Source of the DNA: Amphiscolops sp. MND2022
Taxonomy: Eukaryota
Assembly: GCA_964187785.1 (NCBI GenBank)
Contig: OZ076409.1
Coordinates: forward strand, 48,672,001 to 48,736,000
Direction of reading: 5' to 3'
DNA length: 64,000 bases
Part shown: piece after piece, positions 1 through 12,200 of the stretch
Layout of the letters: the number at the start of each line of letters is the position of its first letter
Numbering within the stretch: position 1 is the stretch's first letter
Translations under genes and position numbers: made by a program
The notes under the pieces: generated by a model
Seen by the model: the letters and a program-made list of their open reading frames with translations, nothing else
What the model was told of the DNA's origin: nothing
Database searches by the model: none

Positions 1-205
1 CGACTTTTCATTAATTTTTTTTATAAAGGGTCCCCAATTCAACAATACTTTGACATTTTGAAGTTCTTTTGCTATTTTTGAGCTTTAAATATGGAGCCAA
101 TTTGGGCCGTTCCCGGCTTGTTTTTTCGAGAAATTGAAAATGTTTTGTTTGAAAAATCACTCAAATCTCAAAGTTTACAATTTCCCATTTTAAATTGTGT
201 TGCAG

Positions 206-3200
206 TGTGGCAGTTCAATGAGACATTGACGAAAGCACTGATCATGCGACAGATCTGCAGTCCCATCAAGACCTCAGTCTTTGACATCGCTCTGTGTACG
301 ACAGCCAAGGAATTTATCTGCCACATCGGCTTCCAGGCTTGTGTCGAGGAGTTCTGGACAAATCACCTCAACTACTCGCTCCTCAGGGTCCTCTTTGACA
401 TCTTTTTGCCCTTCTGGGCTGTGAGAGATATGCGCAAAGCAGAGGAAGCCAAAAGAGATATTTGGGCACCCAAGTCTAGGAAAGGGGCACTGGAAAATTT
501 TAGCTGAAAAGTATTTTCAAGAAAATTTGCAGGAAGTGTTATTTGGAATTAAACAAGTTTTGACAAGAAGTCATTAAACGGAATGTGAAATATCACTGGT
601 TATAAATTGTACGCTGACCAAGATGTAATAGCGACAACTTTTTAAAATTACCGCTCGTTTTTTTAACCTTTTTCTTGCAATCCAGGGCACATCTTGCGAG
701 CTCCTGAAAATGCATGAAAACTATGAGATGAATCTCGGATACTCGAAGCTATGCACGATTGTTATCAAGTTTTTCACTTGTTTTCGCATCGAGTGTTCAT
801 TTCGTAAGACAAAATTAAATGATTTATGATAAGTTTAAATGTTCAAGTGGAAAATGCATGACATACCATATGTATTTAGGAATCGTTATTCTTTTACAAA
901 TTCGAAGACGATTACAATTTTGAGTGCCTTTTGTATAATCAGGTCAACCAATTCGACCAAAACCCTGGCTTTTGCGGCCACAGAGTCAGTAGTGGCTTCA
1001 TTGGGCCTATCAAAGTCTAGTCACGACTCCAATATATATGCAGATGAAGTTATGTTGGATGTCATTGAGCTTGACCACAAAAATGACCCCAGTGGCCACA
1101 CCTCGAACACTTCCAGGCATTGATGTCTCCTATATTATTTTCTGAGATGTCTTTGAAGAAGATTTTAAAGAGAAGGTAAAAGGGAGCGTACTACAGAAGA
1201 GTAAAGCACGTGGAAATAAAAACGGAAACTGCATAAGTCAGCACCCACTCCATGCTCAAAATGTTCAAAGTATCTTAGAGCTTTAAAGAATTGTTTTTGA
1301 ATGATTGCTCGATCCAAAAGTTTTGAATTAATTCTTTATGTGGTCATTGTAAGAGTAACTCCTCGATGCAGTATGGAAGAAGTGATCAGTCATAAATGAT
1401 TATCATCAAGCATTTTTCGAAGTTAAATTGTCAATTTTTTATTGCAAGTTTCAATTTCATTCTAAGAAACAAATGTTGGTCTGGTTTCGCTATACATAAT
1501 GAAGGCAATGTTTTCAACAAATAAAGACTAACTTTCTACTTTCTCTACTCTTTAACAAACACTTGCGCGTCTCAGTAGAACTTTTGCGTTTACCTTTGAA
1601 ATTATCACGAACACCACTGAAAAATTAGTGACGTCATCTTTGAAATCTAGACAGAGCATGTTCAATCAGAGTAGACATCATTGCTACCAGGAAACCTTTC
1701 ATGACCTCAATGGCGACCTTTTACATGACCCCAGTGGTCAAATTTCTAATCCACCTTCTATCTTTTCTAATATTTCTACCTTACAATTCTTGGTGTCTCG
1801 CCTATTACTCGAAGTCTTGTCCCAGCGAGTACCCGGAATACATTATCTTGCTGTACAATATTTCATACCTTGTAGAGGCTTTAGTTCTAGTTCTACAATT
1901 CCGTGGTCCTGTGTTGATAAAGCTGCAGTTCTGGTTCCGGTGTGAATGGAATTACATCCAAGTTGCTTCTTCTCTTCTTGGTATTTTCGGATTCCTCAGC
2001 AAACTTTTCTGCCACAAGGTGAGATCCTAATTTTCTTGTTTATAGAATTGTTTTACCTACTTTTCAAATTTCAATTTTCAAGATCGTATGGAGGTGTTAA
2101 TTTGAAACTTGTTCTTGAGTTCTTATTTCAATAGTTCTTTACTATTTCAAGTTCTTGAATAATATAAGTTCTCAACTTTGTCATTTGGACTCTTTGAAGA
2201 CATTTTTCCGATTCTACAAAATGATGATAATGAATTCTTCTTTTCCTAGAGGTTTCAATATATCATTCCAGGAAGATGAAACAATATGCAACGCGAGTAT
2301 TCTGTACGGGCTTTCTGGCATTTTCGTGTGGATGAGGCTTCTGGCCTTCTACAGGTGCAGCCGGAGACTCGGCATCCTCTGGATCCTCATCCGCAAAATG
2401 ATGCTGGAATCACTCGGGTTCATGCTTATATTTGCCACCATCAGCCTCGCCGCTGGTATCTTCATACAGGTCGGAAACTCTTAATAAACGCCATAGTGCT
2501 TTTAAGAACTAACTGTTGTTTGTAACTTTCAAGTTGAATTCAGTTATTTTTAGCTGAAATGATAGGCGCCATTACGTCGTTTGAAACTTGAGTTGTTTGA
2601 AACCCGAAAACGAATAAAATTATTGAATAAAACATTTTTCGCATCAGTAATCTGTGTCCTAAAATTACAATCCAAATTTCAACCTGATTCTTGAACTTCT
2701 AGTGCTTCTAAACAATTCAATGATTCTAACTTTTTCCACTGCAGTTTCGATTTGTTGAATTTAGATAGTGATGGACATTTACGAGTACGAAGACCAGTTC
2801 TCAGGCAGTGTGAAGTGGCTGTGGCTGAGACCCTTCTTCATGTTCAGTGGGGAGAACTTTCTCAAACTGGTGGCTCACTCCCCCCAGGCAAACGAGCGCT
2901 TCATCACAATCTACGCCACCATATCCGTCATTTATTTCTTACTAGGCACGCCCTATTTATATTATTTTTCCAACATTATCCAGATTCGAAAGTTATTGGA
3001 AAGCAATTTTAATACTCAGTGCGTTTTTGTTTGCCTTTATCCAATTTATGCACAAAATAAAGAAACGAATTCAACGACGAAAAATTTAGATTTGTAGCGT
3101 ATGTATTTATGAAAGAATTTGATGATTTCCAAAAAGTGCTAAAATTTTTTAATGCCCTAGAATGCCCTTAAAAAATGCCGAAAATCTTCAACTCTTGGCT

Positions 3201-6200
3201 AGCAGTTCTAACAATTCTGTATAACTTTTGAGATTTTCGAATGACTTTTGCACAGGGATGGCAAATTTGCGGTATTCAGCTACGGTTGCTGTGATGGACG
3301 GAAATGAATAAAAATAATTATTTTTGAACTTGTTAAAATAAAAATACCTATTCTGGAGATAACTAAAACTAAGAGCGTTTATTTCAACAAATCGTCAGCC
3401 AAATAAATTCGAAAAAAAAAACAAATCGAGCTAATTTCTAGAAATAACTTTGTCAAGTACCTTGGGCTACTGACTCAAAATATCGAAGAGTCCATTAAAA
3501 AAGCCATGTGCCACGTTTTGGCCTGATTATGGATGGCTAATTTATGCTTTTGTTGATATCCGTTCTTCGTTGAGAATAAAAATGGTTATTTCAGCGAAAA
3601 AAATGATAAAACAATTTTTTCCACCCTGAAAATGAAATAATTTATTTTAAAGCAATAAAAATATTCGAATAAAATATTGAACAGCCCTTGTTGTTGATGT
3701 TGTATTTTTTCGGCTACATTTGGACATCTAAAATGTTTTCGCTAAATCAATTCAGGGCGGAAAATACGCCATACCATCCCTGGTTCTCAATATTCAACTT
3801 TACTGATGATTAACGTTTGATTAAAATATAGGTATATCAACTTTTTTTTATTTCGGAGCTGGAAACTATTAAATTTTTCCAGCAGTTAGTTGGACTCAAA
3901 ATTATTTTTACTTTGGTGAAATAAATTCAATGTGTTGTCAGGTAACGCCCTTATGCTGAATCTGCTGGTGGCTATATTCAGCGAGATCTTCAATAAAGTT
4001 TTCGTCAGGTTAACCTTTCTTCCATAATAAAAAGTCATTAAATAACTTATAAACTGACAGTTAAGGGTTATAAAGACACCTATAAAGATTCCACTGTCTA
4101 TAAACTTACCCATCTCTCCTGTTTTTTAGCGTCAACTAAATCACGAGCTGTCCGAGTTCCATTTCATGTTTGATTTCGTAGCTTTTATGCGAAAATATCA
4201 AATTTTCATTCCGAAGATGAAATATCAGCAACCTTGTTTTCCAAAAATGGAAGGAAAAATTTTTCAATTGAGAGTTACGATCGAGACATTAATACCCCAG
4301 TCGAAACTTCAGACATTTTCTACATACTTCCAAAAATTACTTGCAAGATCATACTGTGATAATCCTCTTGTTCGGATTCTTCATTTGAAAGCTCTATTTG
4401 GTCTAAGTCTGTTTCAGTTTCAAAGAAGGGTTTAGCAGGATGTTTCAAGTCCTTCATTTTAGATGCTCTAAGAGGATAGTCGTCGTTCTCGGAATCAGAG
4501 TTTTCGTTATTGGATGCATGAACTCCTATAGATTTACTCAATTTGGATCCCGATGGTTGATTTTCTCGCATTTCATTTATATCCGACATAGGATTAGTTA
4601 CTGTGGATGCACTCTTATTAGACTTTATCTCCTTTAGAATCGCTTCAAGTTTGTTTTCCATTTCTTCTCTCATCTTTTCAATCCTATCGTTGTTCTTTTG
4701 TTCCATGATTTGGGTCCAAACTTGCATTTCATTGTTTATTTGACTAGGTTCGGTTAACTGGTTTTCAGAGCTATTTTCACCTAAATTTCCTTGGGCAACA
4801 TTACTAATATCAATTAAAGCTTCATTACCTGTTTTAGGGGTTTCTATTTGTGTTACCTCCACTTCCCTGTCTGGGGACGGTGTCTCAAGTCTTCTAGACC
4901 TTCGGCTTCTTTAATTCCCATGTTATTCTCAAGTGAAAATGTTTTCTGGCTTTTGGGGAAGAATTTGATTTAGTCTTATATCCCAAAAGAGAAGCAATGT
5001 TGGATTTTTACAGAGGCGAAATCGCAGTTTTACAGTTATTCGAGAAAGTAACTGCACTTGATGAGGATAGGATTCTTAATGAATCTCTCTGATTGAAAAC
5101 TTCGAATAAAATCCAAAAACCATGACACTCTTTTTTATGGGAGTCATCATATGAAAATCGAGACAAAAATAGAATTACGTCCAATGACGTTATATTATAA
5201 AAATAGCACAACTACATGACATCATAAAAGTATGATTGGGAAAAGAAACTAATGAACCCTGGGAGTCTCTAAAGATGGCCTTCTTTCGTAATTGAAATGG
5301 TTTCTAGATAACATTATAACACGTGCTGGATTTATTTAACAAGTCCTGCGAGAACCGTATAGTGACGAGTATGCGTCACAACTGGTTCCGCAGGATGCCG
5401 TAAAAAGTTTTTATGAAAAGCGCATAATGCCGCATACTCGTTACACCTTGAAACGTGTAATGCCGCATAATGATACTAGTAAAAACGCATAATGACGAGT
5501 ATACGTCACACCTTAATCCGCATAGTACCGCATAATTGTACTAGCTATGAAGTAGATTACTATCTGATGACGAATTTTGACGCATCAGGACCTTTAGAAT
5601 ATTTGATTAGACAATGAGATAACTCAATGCATGATCAAAACAAGGGTTCCCAATGAAGTAATGAAGGTATGTTAGCACTATGATGAAGGTCCATTCACAA
5701 TAACCATATTATAAATATCATATTTACATGACTTTCGAGACTAAACAGCATTGAGTTTTAAAGCATCATATAAGACGGGTTCATCAGGGTTTTAGCAAGT
5801 TTGTTGAAATGAGTTTATCATTCGTTCCTCTTCAAAGTTGCGCCACGGAACCATCGCATCTTGATGGATGCGACAGTCCCGCATTTTTAAAGAGGAACAG
5901 GGCTGCTTCAAATCCATGGATAAATGCTCTTGATCTAATCGCTCTTTCTTTCACTGTTTCTCCCTCGTATTCAGTTGCCATGAGGTACTCGCCCAAAGTT
6001 TCCAGCGCAATTTGATCGTAGCATTTACCACATATGTCGCAGTAACCCGCCACATTTGACATGACAGTTGGCAACAGTCTCATGCTTTGTCTCTCTCTTG
6101 CAGGGATCATTATGATATTCGTGCTGTGGGTCACATGAAAGGGAAAGCCCAACTGCACCATAGGTTGAACTGTGATCTGTTGGTTCTCAATGGGAGCTCC

Positions 6201-9200
6201 CCTCATTGGGATGGGGAAGAACGCGGGTGACAAATTAAATCCTTGCACAGTACCCAGAGGACCTTGTGACGGAGCTATATCTCTTTGAAGCTCTTGTTCC
6301 ATGGGTTCACTGAGTTGCGTGTGCTGAAAATCGGATGTCTCTGGCCTGTAGTTAGGTGGGTAAGTGGGGGTTGGCCTTGGCAATATTCCGCCTGCACTGG
6401 GGTTCACTCTTTGGATAGGGGGAACCCTGGCGGTAGGTCGACCATAATTGTTTGTTTCCTCAGGAGGGGTATTACCCAGCGTCCAGGGGAACAAATTCCC
6501 TTCTTCAAACTCGCTATCTATGAATGAACTTGGGGAAATCATCGTATCTTCTTGCGGTTCCCCTAACAACTCCATCAGGTCTTGTTCTATCTGTGTCCCT
6601 GTGGCACTTACAGACTCATTCTGTTCTGCTGTATTGGCCGGATCCACATATAACGAAGCCAATGTTGAGCCCATGAATGCTGACATCAGGTTACTCCCGG
6701 TTGTATTAATTCGAAATCTTTCGTCAAGCTGAGCGATATCTCCGGGAGCCATTGAGAAACTATTTTCTGACTCGCTCGAAATGTGCACCACATCAGGTGA
6801 TATTGGGGAGTACAGAGAATTCATATCAGAATTGAATTGGAGTTTTTCCATTTTAGATTTGTAGAGAAACCACTGAGTATTTCAGATTTTCAAGAATTTT
6901 AGAAGGCAACTGATTTATGAGATTGCAAAGACCATATGGTGATCGGTTTTCTTCTTCCTTTTGATTTTGGATGAAAACCCGCGGAAAAGTTGCTTGTCAT
7001 GTTCTGATCCTGCAGACATCCTTATAAGGATTTCGTAGGTAGTAGATTTTCGGGTTTCATTCACAACGAGTAGTAAACAATTTCCATAAACGGTGTTTCA
7101 GTTAACGCCTTTACTGATCATCACCCATCATCAAAGCTTAAAGCTTTCTTCATACGTTTAAATGATAGATAAACAAATTCTTCCTAACTTCAGAACAACT
7201 AACCAGGAAATATGTTCATGGAAATATTCATTGAAACAACTCAAAAGTGAACTCATTTATTCTTACATGACTAAGTTTACATGAAAATGAAGGATGTCAA
7301 AGTGAATGTTTCATTTCAGTTTCACATCTTTACGGAATCAAAGTTTATTTTTAAGAAAAACATAGTTTAACCCCAGTCCCGCATTTGAAAAGTGCAGCAG
7401 GGTTTGTACTAAAGCAAATAGGTTTTCATGTTTGTTGGTAATTCCAAAAAACTTGTAAAATGTACCAGCAGTCTAGACTTCTAAAAACATATCAAAATCA
7501 TAAGAGCGCCGGTCTTGTATTGGCACATTATTAATATCACACATGTCTTGCCATTAAGAGTATGTAGTTTCTTCATCATATTACATAATACTATTCCATT
7601 CATACGCTTCTAATCATTGACGACATTAATCCACTCCTTTTAAATGCATTCAGCGAAAACCGCATGATGCCGAGTACGCGTCACTACTCAATCCGCATAC
7701 TGCCGCGTACTCGTCACTGCAATTCCGCATACTGCCGCGTACTCGTCACTGCAATTCCGCATACTGCTGCGTATTCGTCTTCAGTCGATCCTCATAATGC
7801 CGTCTACTCTAGCATATAAATCATTCCAATTTGGTTCATATTAACGCATTTGCATGTATTTTCACACCCAGATCCACAATGAGCCAATCAATCACGCTGG
7901 CAGACGTAATTGATATTGAATTAGCCAATCAGATTCCAGTATTTCTTTGCACTTTTGCGCAAACTAGCATCATTTGCTCTTTGCCTTTGCCTTGTTACGC
8001 CACGCCTTTGGTACTTCATCATTTGTCAAACAGTCATATAGTTAAAATAGTACATCAGTCCAGAGTTCACAAAACATTGCAGTTCAATCTACTCCTTTTA
8101 ACCTTCACCGATTTCAGCTTTATTTTCAGCCTTTTATACTTTGTTTGTGGAGTATATATTTTATTTCTTAACCACAATCCACTATCCCCTTCTTTGCATC
8201 ATTTACGGATGGAGGGAAAACAGGAACAGAGTTTATCTGGGGAGAAAGGGACGCAAGGGGAGCAATCACCTCGTCGTTACGGTGGAGGGAGGAATTATAA
8301 TCCATCTTTCTGGTCTGATCCAGGCAAGTCCAACTTTCAATATAATTCTAGTTTGGTTGATTCAGTGAAATTTCGGTTTGTTGAGTTGGCCATACTCATA
8401 CGTGAAATAGATCCTTGTTCATCGGATCAATTTCAGATCCTTTTGAAACGTTTCCGTTTCCAATTTCTAAGTGGCTTCCGGTTTTCATACATTTCCTGTC
8501 CCCGCGTCCGGTTTCAGTCAATTTAAGCGGCTTCCACTTGCATAATTTTGTTTTGTTAACTGGATCATTTGTTTCAGTTGAACTAGAGGCCAGTGAATTA
8601 CATTCAACTCAATCCCCGGTCAAGGTTTATACACCTCTGCAAACATCCTCTCCTAAATTTCCTGTCATCTCAGAAACACTTGAATCCCCAAGTATTCCTC
8701 CGCTTCAAATCCATGAAGAAATTAGTGTGGAAACTACAATCGAGAACACCCCCGTTGATACTCCAGTGACAACCGGGGCTAATCATCAAGAATACACAAT
8801 TGAAAATAACCGCACCACTACTCTAACCAACTCTGAGCAAGAAACGACCCCCACGGGAGACATGGAGAGCTCCTATGCAAACATTAGTCGTGAGATAGTG
8901 GAAAGTTTCATGGATTCAGAAACAGCTCAGGCCTTTTCTTCACATTATAGCCAATACCTACCTCCAGGAACTGGTTCTGGGCTTGAACATGCTATGACCA
9001 ACGTTACGGAGCAAAATGTACCACCCCATAATGAGCTTCCAGAACTGTCTCCAGCTGACGGAGGCAACTTCAGTAATGTTGTGATACAAGATGCTGCTCA
9101 TAGCAGTATTAACATCACTAGGAGGGAGATCCTTGCATTAACTAGAGTCCTGGAACGTATCCCACAAGAGTATGTCCTCAATGAAGAGACTAGAGAAGGT

Positions 9201-12200
9201 CAGGCTTTGACCCTAACCATTGTAAACGATACTGAAACTGCTCCCATCGTCGCCTCATCTAGTCAAGAGGAGGTTGGACAGCCTGTTTCGTCTGACGTTT
9301 ATCCAGATGAATTACAAGGAGGACACTCAATGGGAAGAGGAAAACGTCGCAGACCAAAATATTCTTTGACTGGAGCTATGCTTAAGAAACATCCATTTCT
9401 GGGATTCTCTGCCACTGGCCCCATCGACAAAGACAAAACACCACACAAATGGTGGTGTCGGGTATGCAGGGTAGAACTTTCTCTAATGAGTAGAGGTAGC
9501 CTTGAATTACTATCTCACTACAAAACCGAGTCTCATTTAGTGAAGGAGCACCGGATGCGCATGGAGATACCCGGTATGGCCCTCTTCGACGGAGAAGGAC
9601 GGGAAATCTATGGAATTTCACTGCAAGAAGCCAAGAAAAAAGCCAAAAACAATTACCCAATCGCTCCTCGACTCGACGTATGCCGGCCCCTTGTGGGACA
9701 AGAGTCTGTCCCAGATTTCAATGCTGCTACCAACCCCACCGATAAAGTACTGTCGCAGATCTGCATACTCGAGCACGGACTTCGCCATGGTGGGCACATC
9801 AGAAGCCTTACTGGCAACTATGATGAACTGTCTCGTCTTTCCTCCAGCAGCGGGATGTGTGAACAGAATTGGAGCCCACAGCGACTTTTTGTTAGTAGTT
9901 CTTTCTCAATTGACAGTATTCATTTTCTTTCTGAACCGAATTTCCTTCATAGAAATCCCTTTAATATAAGTTTATTTACTGTGACTAAGGAACATTTTGT
10001 TTGTCTCATATGGAATTTTCGTCTACATGTTCCGAGAATTGGTTGGATATTGTGTCACTGCGATCGCTACATCTGGCCATTACTCTTTCGCTTTGCAACA
10101 TACCCCAACAGCAACGTATCTAATCCTCAACTTCTGGTCGGGGAACGTATTACAGCACGTATGCTTGGGAAGTGGACCACGGGGAATGTTGATGCCAAGG
10201 AAAACCCTGATGACAGTTTCATCATTCATCAGCCTCTTTGAGGAAGCTCCATCTTGTGTTGCCCTCATTGACTTCAGTGAAAAGTTAAGTGAATGTCTAT
10301 CAAACTGTCTCCCAGGAAAACAGCAATCTTCCATTGTCAGTTCATATGGGCCAGAAGAGTTTGAGAAGAGCCTTGCGTTACCAACTTCTCAAATCATTGA
10401 GCGCCACGACTTTCGAACGATATTAGAATTTCTCTTAATGAAGTTGAGAACGGCTTTGGACCGAGATTGGTTAAAGAAGTTACCACTACTACACAAAGTA
10501 ATTAAAATACTATATTCGTTTTACTTAAACGTCTAAGTTTCCGAGGTATGATTTTCCTTTTCTTTTAGTGTGTAGTCCGCTTGGAGTATTCTCTTCAGGA
10601 TGCATCATCGATTATAGAGGCTTTATCCAATAATTGGGATCACGTGCTTGACCACCTTAATCAAGTCGCGAGGCTTCCTGCGTATCGCTTCCATATGCGT
10701 GAGGTTATTTGCTCTCCTTTACCATGTTTCCTTTGAGACCAAAAATACGTATTTTCCTTATCTTCATGTTATCCTTTCGTTTTAGCCAAGCACTTTGGAT
10801 GAATGTTTCCGCCTCGACACGGCTTACCTAGCCCGCCTCTTCGTCATCCGCTGTGTCCTAGACCATTGTTAGTTGTTTTGTATCCATACCACCTATTGTT
10901 GTAACAGTTTCTAAGTATTATCATTCCCAAAACTCAAATTCCTCTTTGTAGCAGACTTTTCATTTCTCCGAAAATCATTGAAGCACAATTAGTATATCTT
11001 TCCTTTCACGGTATATATAATGGTGCATAACCATTCTGCTGGTTGCGAATAGTGACGCATGTTCGCTGTATCTCGTTCCACATTGCTCTGTATTGCCATT
11101 CAGCTCATTCCGCATAATGGTGTATAATCATTCAACTGATTCCGCGTAGTGACGTATAGTCGCTACACCTCGTTCCGCATAGTGACGTATAGACATATAG
11201 CTGATTCCACATAGTGACGTATAGTCGATACACCTCGTTCCGCATAGCGACGTATAGTCATCCAGCTGATCCCGCATAGTGACGTATAGTCGCTACACCT
11301 CGTTCCGCATAGTGACGTATAATCATCCAGCTGAGTCCGCATAGTGATGTATAGTCGCTATACCTCGTTCCGCATAGTGACGTATAATCCTTGATTATTC
11401 AGCTTTAATGTGTCGGTTTCCACCGTAGTAATTCCGCACGTGTTTTATGGCGCTGATGCTTTCTTCAAATCAACTCTTGTTCTTTTCGTTTTGTGAAAAT
11501 GCAGGGCTATTGTATACTTAACTTATTTGTTGTTTTAGACAACTCAGCGTTCTCTGAAGTTCAGAAGAGTGTGGATTGTGGATTTCGCGCCTTCAGTCAG
11601 TTTACCATTTTTATTTACTCCCAGCTTCAGAGTATTTTACCGGATTCCTCGCTTGGGAATATATCGGATTGGGACAATTTTTTGCAGCTTGATTTAGATC
11701 AAGCAGACTTGCCATACAGAACCCCGGACGAGTATGTTCTCAACGAAGATTTTCACAAATTAGTTACTGCGAGTAAATTGCCACGTCCCAGCAAGTTCGT
11801 TGAACAGTGTATTTGCTTTGTTAAATCTTTTTGCGGACAACTATTGGAACATGGGAACATCAAATCTAGACTCATCAGAGGACTGTCAGCATTTGATCCT
11901 GCCGTTATCCTTGTTGGACCGGAAGCCAACTACACGGACGCTATTGAAAAACTGACAAGCCATTTCGTCTCTGTTAACTTGATTACTTCAAGTGTGAAAG
12001 TAAAGGTTGTTAGTCAGTACCGATCATTAGCAGTTAAATTGCGATCCGGGGATTCTCCAGAGTACGATGATTGGATTACGTTTCTGACTTCTCACTATGA
12101 GCTTCAATGTAGACCCGAACTGTTTCAATTGTTCAAGTATTCATGTTTATGTTTGCCTCCACGTGTTGTAATGCCTCCAGAATTTATTGTTCCAATGGCC

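Noticed and set aside
4320..4862. Second independent gag gene or tandem element
   Set aside because: It is the 3' LTR copy of the gag 5' end, bounded by the TG terminus and TSD, with a 1-bp deletion just after its ATG.
11043..11388. CRISPR-like repeat-spacer appearance
   Set aside because: The spacers are only 12-13 bp and alternate between two types rather than being unique; no cas genes; eukaryotic intron context.
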